This document shows, one piece after another, positions 50,401 through 60,440 of a stretch of 64,000 nucleotides of DNA. The position numbers and the translations under genes were made by a program. The notes under the pieces are model-generated. The model searched no databases. It worked only from the letters and a program-made list of their open reading frames with translations, and was not told where the DNA came from. Source of the stretch: Octopus vulgaris (Eukaryota); NCBI GenBank assembly GCA_951406725.2, contig OX597829.1, forward strand, positions 23,498,001-23,562,000, in the 5' to 3' direction. Within the stretch, counting starts at the first letter, position 1; the number at the start of each line of letters is the position of its first letter.

Positions 50401-53400
50401 ATCGTCTTGCTGTTCAGTTACAGCTTGTTGACTGGCTGCTAATTGTTGTATACTAAGTGTTCCCTGATCTTGTAAAACTACTGCCTCTAGTTGTTGCTGT
50501 TGTGTCTGGCCATCCAATGCTTCTAGTGGCTGCTCTCCACTGTTAACTGTTTGCAATAGAGTCTCCCCACCAGCAACAACCTGAAGCTGCTGTTCTGAAA
50601 TACTAAATGTTTCTAGTTGGTTGCTAGGGGTACTAACAAGTGCCAGTTGATTCCCTGAAGTACTGACAACTGTCAACTGATTTCCAGAAGCTCCAACAAC
50701 TTCCAGTTGACCCATTTGAGTTCCAAAAACTTGTAATTGGTTCCCTGACGCACCAACAACTTCTACTTTATTTTCCGGGGTGCTCACAACTTCTATTTGA
50801 TTACTCGGAGTACTAACAATCTCTACCTGGTTACTTGGAGTACTGACAATCTCTACTTGGTTACTTGGAGTACTGACAATCTCTACTTGGTTACTTGGAG
50901 TACTCACAACCTCCACTTGACTTTCTAGAGTACCAACAACTGCTTGATTCGCTTGTGTAGTAACAGTCATTTCTGGAATGCTGACAACTCCTAAATGATG
51001 TCCTGCAGCACTGGTGGTGGAGGACTTTAACTGGTATTTTGGAGAGTCAAACTTCTGCATCTTTTGAGGTGGTTCAACTTGTTGCACTTCCTTGTTAGTT
51101 TCCCCTACTTGTTTTAAAATACTGGACATTGGTACTTGTACCTTCACTGTCTGCGTCTGGCCAGCTACAGCTGCATCTTCTTTTGGTTTATTAATAGATA
51201 TAGATTTTAATTCCCCGACAGTTTTTGTCATAGAACTTTGCTGATTAGTCTCCTTTGTTGTTTCTGCTTTCTTCCCAGCTGCTTCTTTCAAAGATTCTGC
51301 CTTCTTTACAGTTTCCTGAGACACCTCCACTTTCTTCGGTGATTCTGTCTTCTCAACATCTTTGGCAAATTCTGTCTTTTTCCCAGTATCTTTTGATACT
51401 TCTTTTCTTCCAACATCTTTTACTTTCTGAGCATCTTTTGGTGACTCCACCTTTTTCACAGGTTCTGCTCTCTTCCCAATATCTTTTTGTACCTCTGCCT
51501 TTTTTGCAGCATCCTTCGCACTTTCTACCTTTTTCCCAGCATCTTTAATAGGTTCAGCTCTTTTTGCAGCATCTTTTGGCGACTCTGTCTTTTTTCCAAG
51601 CTCTTTCGATGGTTCTACCTTCTTTGCAGCATCTTTTGGTGATTCCACTTTCTTTACAGCATCTTTTGGTGGCTCTACCCTTTTTCCAACATCCTTTGAA
51701 GGTTCCACTTTCTTTGCAGCATCTTTTGATGGTTCCACTTTCTTTGTAACATCTTTTGGTGGTTCCACTTTCTTTGTGGCATCTTTTGGTGGTTCTGCCT
51801 TCTTTGCAGCATCTTTTGGTGGCTCTACCTTCTTTGCAGCATCTTTCGGTGGTTCTGTCTTTTTTGCAGCATCTTTTGGTGGCTCTACCTTCTTTGCTGC
51901 ATCTTTTGGTGATTCTGCCTTCTTTGCAACATCTTTTGGAGGTTCCACCTTCTTTACTGCATCTTTTGGTGGCTCCACCTTCTTTGCTGCATCTTTTGGT
52001 GGCTCTACCTTCTTTGCTGCATCTTTTGGTGGCTCTACCTTCTTTGCTGCATCTTTTGGTGGCTCTACCTTCTTTGCTGCATCTTTTGGTGGTTCTACTT
52101 TCTTTGCAGCATCTTTTGGTGGTTCCACCTTCTTTGCAGCATCTTTTGGTGGTTCCACTTTCTTTGTGGCATCCTTTGATGGTTCTACTTTGTTGGCAGC
52201 ATCTCTTGACACTTCCATCTTCTTCACAGTATCTTTTAGTACTTCTACTTTTGGAGGCTCCACCTTCTTTGCAACCTCTTTTGGCATTTCTACCTTCCTT
52301 CCAACATCTTTTGGTGGTTCAACCCTCTTTGGAACATCTTTTGAAAGTTCTACCTTCTTTGCAACATCTTTTGGTGGTTCCACTTTCTTTGGAACATCTT
52401 TTGGTGGCTCTACCTTCTTTGCAACATCTTTTGGTGGTTCAACCTTCTTTGGAACGTCTTTTTGTGGTTCAACTTTCTTTGCATCTTTTGGCAATTCCAC
52501 CTTCTTCCCAACATCTTTTGGTGGCTCCACTTTTCTCGCAGCCTCATTTGATGATTCCATCTTCTTTGCAGCCTCTTTTGACAGTTCCACTTTCTTTGCA
52601 ACATCTTTGGAAAGGTCTATTTTCTTTGCAGTATCTTGCAAATGCTCTGCTTTCTTCCCAGCTTCCTGTGGTATTTCTGTTCTTCTAACACTCACAGGTG
52701 GTGTGCCTGATTCCTTACTAACCTTCTGTAATGATTCTGTCTGTTTCTGAACATCTTGCACATGTTCTGGTTTCTTCCCCACTTCTTGTGATACCATTGC
52801 TTTCTTTACAGTGTTCAACACTGCTTCTGTCCTTTTTGTTTCTGTTCCTAAAGATTTTTCCTTTTGTACAGTTTCTGGAGCTTTCCCTGGTTGCACTACC
52901 AATGATCTCATGCTTTTAAGCTGTTGTGATTGTGCAGTGGAGGATTGCTGTTGATCTTTAGATTTAACATCTGAGAATATTTTTGATTCTGGAGTTTGGC
53001 CTTTTGGCACACTTTCATGTAGTCTTGAGGTTTGCTGTTGTACCGTACTAGGTTGCGTGGAGGCTGGTTGAGTGACAGATAAGATTTTAGACTGTGGTTG
53101 TTGTAATGTAGATGCAGCTGACATCACCTGCTTCTGAATAATAGGTTCTTGTTGACTAACTAACTGCTGAACATTAACTGATTTTGCTGATTGCTGCTGA
53201 CCAACAAGTGTTTCAGTTACAGTTTTTGGTAATTGTTGCTGTGACGGAATAGAAACTAAAGTAGTGACAGCAGGCTGCGATGGCTTCAATGTTTGTTGTG
53301 ATGAAACTTGGGTCACTGCTGCCTGTGTTGTTTGAACTGGCTTTTGCACTTGCACAACAATAGGTTTTTGCGTCTGTGGTGAGACAACAGCCTTAACTGG

Positions 53401-56400
53401 CAGCTGTGTTACAGTTGTTTTACCTGGCTCTGACTGAGACAAAGTTGTTGACTTTACAGTTTGCTGTTGCACGGTTACAGACTTTGTGGTTTGCTGCTGT
53501 TGTTGCAAGGATGTTACTTTTAAAGGCGGTTGCTGTACCAAAGTCACAGATTTTGCAGGTTGCTGTACAAGAGTAACAGACTTGGCCGGTTGCTGTAGCA
53601 CCACTGCTGGCTTTTCAGATTGCTGTTGCACTGAAATTGTTTTAGTAGGCTGCTGTTGTTGAACAGCTGTTGATTTTACTGGTACTTGCTGCTGTATTGT
53701 AACTGATTTTACTGGCTGCTGTTGTGCTGAGACCAATTTGGCTGGTTGTTGTATTATAATTGACTTTGTAGCTTGTTGCACTGTACCTGGTTTAGAAAGC
53801 TGCTGCTGTACTGTAACTGGCTTAGAAGGCTGCTGTTGCTGTATAGTAACTGTTTTAGAAGGCTGCTGTTGTTGTACTGTAACTGGTTTAGAAGGCTGCT
53901 GCTGTTGTACTGTTACTGGTTTAGAAGGCTGCTGCTGTATAGTAACTGTTTTAGGGGACTGCTGCTGTTGTTGTTGTACAGTAATTGGTTTAGTGGATTG
54001 CTGCTGTTGCACTGTAACTGTTTTCGGAGACTGTTGTACAATAATTTGTTTTGTTACTGGTTGTGCAGTCGTAGTTTTAGCCGACAACTGTTGTGTAGAA
54101 GTCATTTGCACTTGTGTTGTTGGAGATTTTGCTATTTGCTTAGGCTGTTGCTGTTGTTGCAGTATGCTAGCTTGTGCTTGCACTCCTTCTTTTGGTTGTA
54201 AACGCTGAATGGGTTTTGGCTGTAAAACTTGGAGACCTGGTTTAACTTGTACCGACTGTGCTGGTTTTGATACTGGCGATTGGACTTGCCATGTAGTAAT
54301 CTGTTGGGGTTGAGTCTGTTTCTGTGGAGATGTGGTGGATGATTGTAGTACAATTTGTTTAGATTGTGGAAGTGTTATTGGCTGAGTAACTGTTTGCTTC
54401 AACTGCACAGGCGTGGTCTTTACAGACGATTGTACTTGAGCTTCTTGTGACGGCTGAAGTAAGGACTGCCCTGTTTTAGACATCGAAGCCATCTGTTGCA
54501 AAGAAACCTGTTGAGCTTGTGGCTGTTTTATTGTTATTGTCTGTGGACTTACAGTCGATGGTCTAGGTGCAGATATTAGTGATACTTTGGAAGGTACAAG
54601 TTTAGAAGGAGTAACTGCTGATTGGAGCTGAGAAGATTGTTTAGCCTGAGTATAAGTGATTGGCTGTGTTGTAACCAACTTAGAAACTGTACTTTGCTGT
54701 GATTGGTCCAATTTCGGCAAAGATGCACTTGTTACTGGTTGTTTAAGCAAAGTTTGCTGAGTTGTTTGTGCCTGTTTCAGTAATGAGGTTTGTGCCACCT
54801 GAGCTGGTTTTGGAGCAAATACAAATGTCTGTTTTGTTGGCAATTGAGATGTTACCTGCATCTGTTTAGAGGTGTTAATTGTAGATGGTGTAGAAGCGGA
54901 TGTAGACTGTCCAGCTTGTTTATTAATAAGCTGAACATGCTGAGAAGATACAACTGGATTTGAAGGAGATGTAGACTGAACCTGAACTTGCTTAGCTTGA
55001 GATACAGCTTGTGAGACTACAGTCTGCTTTGGCGGCAATGTTGCTGATAGTACAGATTGTTTTTGTTCAGCTGCTTGCCGAGATTTCTCAGTTTGCTGAC
55101 CAGCATCTCTAAATTTGGAAGCAGCCTGTGTATTAATGGATGTTGTGGTTGTTGATCCAAGAGTACTGGTCACAGTTGAAGTGGTTGTCAAAAGAGTAGA
55201 GCCAGATTTAGCTGTTAATAAATTGCCTGCTGACTGTTCTTCGGAACCAACAACATCAAATACATATTGTTGATTATTGTCTTTTTGCTCGGTTCCCTCA
55301 AGGTCTGCATCAGTAGAGGTTTTTATTGTCTCAGTAACAATAGATGCTGCACTACCAATATCAACCATTATTACCTCATGTCCCCCTTGGATATTGGTGA
55401 TAAGCAATTCATTACTAGAAGCTTTTGGGTCAACTGAAAGCATATCTCCTTCTTTTGCCACTGATTTTTGCATTGTCTCCAAATCTTTTTGCAAGGAAAT
55501 AGCTACTGGTGTTTCTTTAGACTTAATATCAGGAGAAAGAGACACCAAGCCTTTTAAATCTGCTGGTAACTGCTTAATTGGAAAATACTTTTCTGGTTGA
55601 TCTGAATCCGTTTTTGTCACATGCTGAACAACATAATAAGGTGATGACTCAGTAGGCACTTCATTGGTCTCATCATTATTTGAGTCAATATTCATTGCTG
55701 ATGAATCGATACTTACAGTTTCCTCCTTGATTATTTGTTCAGTTTCTATTTCCATTGGTATGGAATTCTGAACTTCAGTTTCACTCAAGTCAATGACAAA
55801 GAACTGTGCACCATCAGCAGATGCTTGCAATGTTGCTTTATTCAGGTCAACACCACTAGATTTTAGCATGTTATGGTCCAGTTGAAAATAAGTTTCTTGA
55901 ATGGCTGCTTCTAAAGCAGGATTTTTCTCTTCCATCTTTGAATCTTTTGAAGTTATTTGTATTGGTGTGCTATCAAGTGTACTACCATCTTCGCAAACAT
56001 AGGTGTTGTTTACAGATAAACTAACATTACCAGAAGTGGTCATAAACTCTGTATCTTTGCCAGTCAGAGAAGAGATTTGACTATTAGGATCTTGAACAAG
56101 AACAGCATGCTGTATCATTTGGTGTTTGATGGATGAGCCATCATCTTTATCTTGGTCTTTTTCTTTATCATTAGATTTAGTTTCAACAGCCATCACTTGA
56201 AGGGCTACATTATCTACAGGGATCAACTCTACATCCATACCACCAGACTGTCCTGTGAGTATGGATTTTGGTGTAGTGATACATGTTGCCTGACTACCAA
56301 GACTACTATCCAAACCTTTGATAAAAGCATAAGTAACTCCACCAAGTGTGGTACTAGTAACTTCAGTCGTTTCTATACCTTCTGACGTTGGCTGCACTTG

Positions 56401-56646
56401 GGGTAATGTAGTGAATAACTCTGGTGAGACAAGAACAGTTTGCGTTTGCTGAACACCAGCCGATGTAACTATGGCACCAGGAACAGAACTAAGAGAGGTC
56501 CCAGAAATGATATCCACATCAGTTACTGCATGAGATTCAGATGTGAGTGATCCAACATGGGTTGATGGAATTTGAATACTACCATCTTGAGTTTGAATTG
56601 TATCTGGATTTATTGACTGAGGAAGGTTGTTTCCAGATATTTCCAT
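47482..56646 (-). CDS. 3054-aa AT-hook / C2H2 zinc-finger protein with long low-complexity and tandem-repeat regions
   Basis: Uninterrupted 9165-nt ORF; AAAATGG start with an in-frame TAA at 56677-56679 upstream. Eight C2H2 fingers (47890-48633, TGEKP/SGRKP linkers), four RGRP AT-hooks (49675-50331), D/E tracts, Q/T/S/V-rich N-terminal half. Confidence 0.95.
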   Translation of the reverse strand: MEISGNNLPQSINPDTIQTQDGSIQIPSTHVGSLTSESHAVTDVDIISGTSLSSVPGAIVTSAGVQQTQTVLVSPELFTTLPQVQPTSEGIETTEVTSTTLGGVTYAFIKGLDSSLGSQATCITTPKSILTGQSGGMDVELIPVDNVALQVMAVETKSNDKEKDQDKDDGSSIKHQMIQHAVLVQDPNSQISSLTGKDTEFMTTSGNVSLSVNNTYVCEDGSTLDSTPIQITSKDSKMEEKNPALEAAIQETYFQLDHNMLKSSGVDLNKATLQASADGAQFFVIDLSETEVQNSIPMEIETEQIIKEETVSIDSSAMNIDSNNDETNEVPTESSPYYVVQHVTKTDSDQPEKYFPIKQLPADLKGLVSLSPDIKSKETPVAISLQKDLETMQKSVAKEGDMLSVDPKASSNELLITNIQGGHEVIMVDIGSAASIVTETIKTSTDADLEGTEQKDNNQQYVFDVVGSEEQSAGNLLTAKSGSTLLTTTSTVTSTLGSTTTTSINTQAASKFRDAGQQTEKSRQAAEQKQSVLSATLPPKQTVVSQAVSQAKQVQVQSTSPSNPVVSSQHVQLINKQAGQSTSASTPSTINTSKQMQVTSQLPTKQTFVFAPKPAQVAQTSLLKQAQTTQQTLLKQPVTSASLPKLDQSQQSTVSKLVTTQPITYTQAKQSSQLQSAVTPSKLVPSKVSLISAPRPSTVSPQTITIKQPQAQQVSLQQMASMSKTGQSLLQPSQEAQVQSSVKTTPVQLKQTVTQPITLPQSKQIVLQSSTTSPQKQTQPQQITTWQVQSPVSKPAQSVQVKPGLQVLQPKPIQRLQPKEGVQAQASILQQQQQPKQIAKSPTTQVQMTSTQQLSAKTTTAQPVTKQIIVQQSPKTVTVQQQQSTKPITVQQQQQQSPKTVTIQQQPSKPVTVQQQQPSKPVTVQQQQPSKTVTIQQQQPSKPVTVQQQLSKPGTVQQATKSIIIQQPAKLVSAQQQPVKSVTIQQQVPVKSTAVQQQQPTKTISVQQQSEKPAVVLQQPAKSVTLVQQPAKSVTLVQQPPLKVTSLQQQQQTTKSVTVQQQTVKSTTLSQSEPGKTTVTQLPVKAVVSPQTQKPIVVQVQKPVQTTQAAVTQVSSQQTLKPSQPAVTTLVSIPSQQQLPKTVTETLVGQQQSAKSVNVQQLVSQQEPIIQKQVMSAASTLQQPQSKILSVTQPASTQPSTVQQQTSRLHESVPKGQTPESKIFSDVKSKDQQQSSTAQSQQLKSMRSLVVQPGKAPETVQKEKSLGTETKRTEAVLNTVKKAMVSQEVGKKPEHVQDVQKQTESLQKVSKESGTPPVSVRRTEIPQEAGKKAEHLQDTAKKIDLSKDVAKKVELSKEAAKKMESSNEAARKVEPPKDVGKKVELPKDAKKVEPQKDVPKKVEPPKDVAKKVEPPKDVPKKVEPPKDVAKKVELSKDVPKRVEPPKDVGRKVEMPKEVAKKVEPPKVEVLKDTVKKMEVSRDAANKVEPSKDATKKVEPPKDAAKKVEPPKDAAKKVEPPKDAAKKVEPPKDAAKKVEPPKDAAKKVEPPKDAAKKVEPPKDAVKKVEPPKDVAKKAESPKDAAKKVEPPKDAAKKTEPPKDAAKKVEPPKDAAKKAEPPKDATKKVEPPKDVTKKVEPSKDAAKKVEPSKDVGKRVEPPKDAVKKVESPKDAAKKVEPSKELGKKTESPKDAAKRAEPIKDAGKKVESAKDAAKKAEVQKDIGKRAEPVKKVESPKDAQKVKDVGRKEVSKDTGKKTEFAKDVEKTESPKKVEVSQETVKKAESLKEAAGKKAETTKETNQQSSMTKTVGELKSISINKPKEDAAVAGQTQTVKVQVPMSSILKQVGETNKEVQQVEPPQKMQKFDSPKYQLKSSTTSAAGHHLGVVSIPEMTVTTQANQAVVGTLESQVEVVSTPSNQVEIVSTPSNQVEIVSTPSNQVEIVSTPSNQIEVVSTPENKVEVVGASGNQLQVFGTQMGQLEVVGASGNQLTVVSTSGNQLALVSTPSNQLETFSISEQQLQVVAGGETLLQTVNSGEQPLEALDGQTQQQQLEAVVLQDQGTLSIQQLAASQQAVTEQQDDVQIIECATPDLTGNKGQTEAATPRRRGRPPKSTTPAASQATKSTDSEFETPKSSNRSLRVRSKETSGDESEPSATKETKQTKRKSSKETDLSEDAEQSVDSAGESKNESTLKRKRGRPRKDDPPKKAEKATTEKHDTPSSSQKRGRPRKDSLEKNYDVDSPEGRAKRQKISNEEEEEDEEEGRRRSGRIKKGQEEKSQKKSSPETSTKKKEKLSSKGKDAAKESPNVSKKAEDTLPRRGRPKSKETPKSAKKDAESIEVAEKSSGRRSKAASEKDGEPVASTSGIKYVRKRKAEFDDDEVPSEESDEAVSELSRIDLPSKVSMASPKKKARYFEDTAVGTSTIYDDSEDDDVDEDEEEEEEIEEVEEDDEDDDESDEYIGTVITSPRSKTMSYSHIKSSNESMRDMKQEPLEMEVEDMEGYIEDKNDNTIEDRDDREEIYELEEESLSRIICGDDGAVLTPIRVHRRRLDDKQDDIYNIDQIDEDEFLAAKNAAMQDKSPRTPQTPQFVEVETVFESPGRRSVQTQTDPRLRKKKFGPLGQEGEIDEIDADDGDLYRRRRRKKEESDFSLFEDEPKRKSVKRNTEEALKCPFCDKAFIGLVKHIKSKHRHEADYDEEMRNAKWRERIMKVSTQGGDEAGETCSECGKVTKNMKRHQELHQQNRMQSACPICGKVVLRTGISSHMRTVHSGRKPYKCPHCDYSSAFRGNLNTHIKGMHLHTRQYLCDVCKAAFKTLGALIGHTKRVHEGWKSPNQKIFICSVCEKRFTKKYHVDRHMLIHTGEKPHKCTDCGRCFNNKSNLMSHIQLVHKKLSPYQCDMCQETFKRKKLLLEHIGKVHVAAGEMAPLIKDEDDDDDEDEMLDDGMDDEEIDDMRKVTELVQSQAVYATVTDGSVAEGTYTAVVTDAAHELNNQTITTLQTEGGQETIIIVHTANPEEVAHAIVEQGDGTVQYETSGQTITGTTAAELFSQMQS
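50540..50950 (-). repeat. Coding 30-bp repeat, ~12 units of QVEIVSTPSN
   Basis: Repeated ctctacttggttacttggagtactgacaat on the + strand. Confidence 0.9.
51290..52660 (-). repeat. Coding 30-bp minisatellite, ~40 units of KKVEPPKDAA
   Basis: Visible in protein and DNA (+ strand atcttttggtggctctaccttctttgcagc); homogeneous centre, diverged edges. Confidence 0.95.
53450..54060 (-). repeat. Coding Q-rich repeat, units of (P)SKPVTVQQQQ
   Basis: Roughly 15-20 variable-length K-x-V-T-V/I-Qn units in the translation. Confidence 0.85.
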
Positions 56647-59600
56647 TTTATAAAAAATATTTTCAAAGAGAATCCGTTATTTTTTATGGCCAGCTTTCCC
56701 TGTTAAGTCACTATTTTCCATGTATAGCAATTGCTTAACTCTCAATACTACATATTACAGAAGGCGTTTAACGCTATTTCTTGCTGATTGTTATTATTTG
56801 ATATTTCAAATCATTAGTTTTGAATTAATTCACCTGTTAAAAAGAGAGATAAATGTAAGCAAAGGACGCAAACCAAAACATATATATACACATACACACA
56901 TATAAATTTTTATATATCCCACTATCACAAAATAATCGAAATTTATCACCACTGTCAACTATATAAGAAACATTATGACTTGACGTGCAAGTTGTTGGTG
57001 GGGTGGGGGGTAAGGGGGCCTTTTACCACCTTTCATATTTGAAGACCACCGTCAAATTTAAGAGATCTTGTAAATTATCCACACAACTTTGTTCCGATAA
57101 CTTTTATAATTTTTTAGACAGAAAATTAAAGAACCTGAATTACTGGATTATTATTTGACTATGATCAAACAGCGATTACATTTATCGAGAGAACTTTGTG
57201 AATTACGTTAACATTTTAAACAAACTTCTAATAAGCAACCAGTTAAATCGGTCTTGCTTCCTCTTCACTTCATCTAAAGCTTTAAAAAAAATCCTCAATT
57301 TATCATATAGGAATTTGTCTTCAGAAATTTTATCATAATTTTCGGTAATGTTTAATAACGATTGCAACTTCAATACCTATATTTAAAACCAACACATTTC
57401 TTCCAAAGGTGATATTATTTATTGTTATATTTCGGAATGGTCATATTGCCAGTTTAGCCATTATTTAGATATTATTATTATTAATTTGATATTCTCACAG
57501 CACATACAACCACAATATGTACGTTTCCACTGTAGAACCACACATTCCGGGTAAAAAAAAAAAAAAATACCCGTACACACGATGAAAAATACGATAGATG
57601 GGCTATGGTAATCTTTTTCAAAATGAGATTACAAAGAGTCAATTTCGCGAGCAGCAAGCAGAAGAATTTAAAATTCACAGATCTCCTAACCTAATTTTTT
57701 TTTATATATAATTATCACAAGTTGATTTGCTATTTAACATAGAAATCGCCATACGTGTTTATATAAGCCGGATATTTTATGAAACGAACGTCCATTTATA
57801 AACAACATTTCCCAAAAATCAGTTATGTCCCCTATAAAGTTTTCGATGCGAAAACAGTTTACTCAATTAAAAATAATTGGTTCAATAAAAACATATTGGA
57901 CCTTGTAATAAATTAACAAGCTTTATCTTACAAGACTATTAAATACTACTATGTAACTATATAAGCAAAATGACTGTTAACCACGTGTACAAATATAAGG
58001 AACGGAATAATATAACTGAAAAAAAATAAAGGGGGAAACAATCTTTGGAGTTAAGTACGTTCTTACGGGGAATACATTGAGAATAACGAAAATATATAAA
58101 GGAGCTACTAAATATTAGTTTTAGGTTATTTTCTACATGTATGAGGAGACTTGACCTTGATAAAAGATAAAATTCTAATCGAAAGGAAGGTCACCGATCC
58201 AGTATTTATAAAATGGCTTTTATGTTGAAATATATTGAGACGAAGAAAAGATAAGTTAGGAAAAAAAGAGAGGTAAATCAGTTAGAAAGGAATAATCGAC
58301 CAAAGGGTATGTATCAAAAGCACACATTTCTTTAGCTGTAATAGCAAAATCATATATAAATTTAAGAAAGAGGCTATCTAATAATCTATAAATGCAATTG
58401 TTAAAGTTTAAAAAAAATACAATTGAATTTTTTATCTAAACAACTCTAATAGGAAACAAATTAGATCATACTCACAAATGTAAACAGTAAGTAGTGATAT
58501 TGCATTTAACAGAGTAACTGGACTTAATCTTTTAAAGTCTTTGTTTTTCTCAATAATAATAATAATAAAAAGATTCACTATATTATCCTTGTTCTGTGAT
58601 GAAGAAGTTATTTAACAATTAGCATATAGGTAGGTGGGCCCCCACCAATTCTTGGCGGGAAGAGGTACTAAGACTAATTTCTAACAGGATATACATATAT
58701 GACAACTTCCGTTAATGTTTTTGAGCACCAACAACTTTCTCGTCCATAAAGATGATAGAAAATTGAAGAAATAGATGACAGCCAGCAAACACGTAGACGA
58801 GACAGCTAAGACTGAATTTAATATAGTTTGAAGCTGTTCACAAACATTATTATGATCATGGGTAGGTGCAGATGTGGTGGCGGCGGCAGCAGCGTACCAC
58901 CACCACAGACAGGTCTGGGCTGAGCAAAAACGTGGAATTTTAAGAGCCTCGTGATAAAGACACATAATCAGAATATTTTAAATAAGTTCCTTATAGTGTG
59001 AAAATCGTTACAACACATCATAAACAGATCTTCGATGAAAATAGAATCAGTTTCCTGGAATATAATTTATATAAAGATACAATCTGATAAATTATTATAT
59101 TGGGGAAAAAAAATCTCCGATTTCAAACGAGTTAAGACGAATAGCTTTATATTATTTAATTTTTTATTTTATTTAATTTCACATATTTCTGATTTGATAC
59201 AGCGATGAAAAAAAAAAGCCCAACTTAGAATAAATTTTTGTATAATGTTCGTGAGCAAAAATTACTAAAGTGAAAAGAAGACAAAGAACATTATAAATCC
59301 CATTAGATGACTAATGGGATTTATAAAATGAAATATTTTTACAAAATCACTCCTGCTACATGACTTCGAGTACCTGGAGAAGGAGAAATACGCTGACATT
59401 TGCCTGAAACACCAGCTACATTATGAAAGAAGACTGCGCACTTAATTCTGTTATGGCGAAATTTTCTTATATTTCTATAGACAGACTTTTAATTACTGTA
59501 ATTGGTCGTTCAAAAGTAACATAAAAGCATATTATACAAATGATTTTACTATTTTCAACTCTGGTTACGCATCCATATGTATAAGATCAACGAAACGAAA

Positions 59601-60223
59601 AACAAAAAAAAAAGAAACAAGCAATATCGGTCAACTGAAGTCTAATATATATAAGATAGCTAGATATATTAATAGCAAAGTGAAATTAGGTGAAGACGAC
59701 ATTATTATGAGGAGTAGACGGGCATAAAGAATATAGCAATTAAGTACAGCTTACGTACATCCCAATCAAAACACACTCGCACACACACACATGCACGTAC
59801 ATATTAAAAGGCACACACGCAGCACAAAATGAATAGGAGAGAGAGAGAGACATCAAAATATCGTAAGATAATTGGTAGCCGCCATTTTAATTCACGTTTA
59901 GTGTTTCGTCAAGAGGACAGAAACAAGAGACAGAATAGCAACTCCGGCATTGATCGAAGCCGCTTTACAGGCAAAGTAGAGCAGCAAATACATCTTCCAA
60001 TATAGCAAAATGAAGTTGAAGGATTAAGGATTAAAGTTCAGTAAGAAAACCCATGTCACCCAGCAAGTAAGACCGGCAAAAACTAACGCAAAAATTGTCG
60101 CCCCTGTACAGGGGCAGTAACCGCGTGACTTTCGCCATTTTGAAAATCTAAATTCAATCTTAGTTATCGCCCGTTATAGAGCTTCAAATATCCTCCAAAG
60201 AAGGGTAAATCGTCGCAACTTAC

Positions 60224-60345
60224 CTTTAGCAGAACCCTGAAAAATGCCACGATGAGCTTAAACACAAACCCAAGTAGATGACAATGAAAGGATTTGCGAG
60301 TCCAGTCAGTCAAACAATAAAGACGCCATTTGCATCATCACTGAT
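60224..60345 (-). other. Probable non-coding first exon of the zinc-finger gene
   Basis: Perfect donor AAG|GTAAGT at 60223; AAATGGCG (YY1-type) motif near the 5' end; CpG-rich context; 7-codon uORF MASLLFD (60306-60329). TSS position is estimated. Confidence 0.6.
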
Positions 60346-60440
60346 TCTGGTATAGGCGAAATATTACCCATGATGCACTTACAAGTTTTCGTACAGTTTC
60401 GGTAACTTCCGTAAGCTGGTTGCTAAGCCCCCGGCATGGA
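60320..60440 (-). promoter_or_regulatory. Housekeeping-type promoter of the zinc-finger gene
   Basis: Cluster of CGCCATTT (YY1), TACCCATGATGCA (ZNF143/Staf-like), ACTTCCG (ETS) and GTTGCTAAG (RFX half-site) motifs; further GCCATTTT motifs at ~59880 and ~60135; CpG retained, unlike the flanks. Confidence 0.65.

Larger units (their letters stand above)
47479..56833 (-). other. Giant (~9355 nt) internal exon holding the whole zinc-finger CDS
   Basis: Acceptor TCTCTCTTTTTAACAG|GTG (AG at 56835-56834); donor TAA-AAG|GTAAGC directly after the stop codon. Confidence 0.75.

Noticed and set aside
51756-52750. Two long antisense ORFs (324 aa ASFGGSTFFA FG-like repeats; 310 aa Leu-rich)
   Set aside because: They start at non-ATG codons and coincide with the 30-bp coding repeat, whose unit lacks antisense stops; a by-product of the sense repeat. 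No promoter or splice evidence on the + strand.
53738-54208. Cys-rich antisense ORF (metallothionein/keratin-associated-like)
   Set aside because: Mirror of CAG/CAA glutamine codons in the sense ORF.
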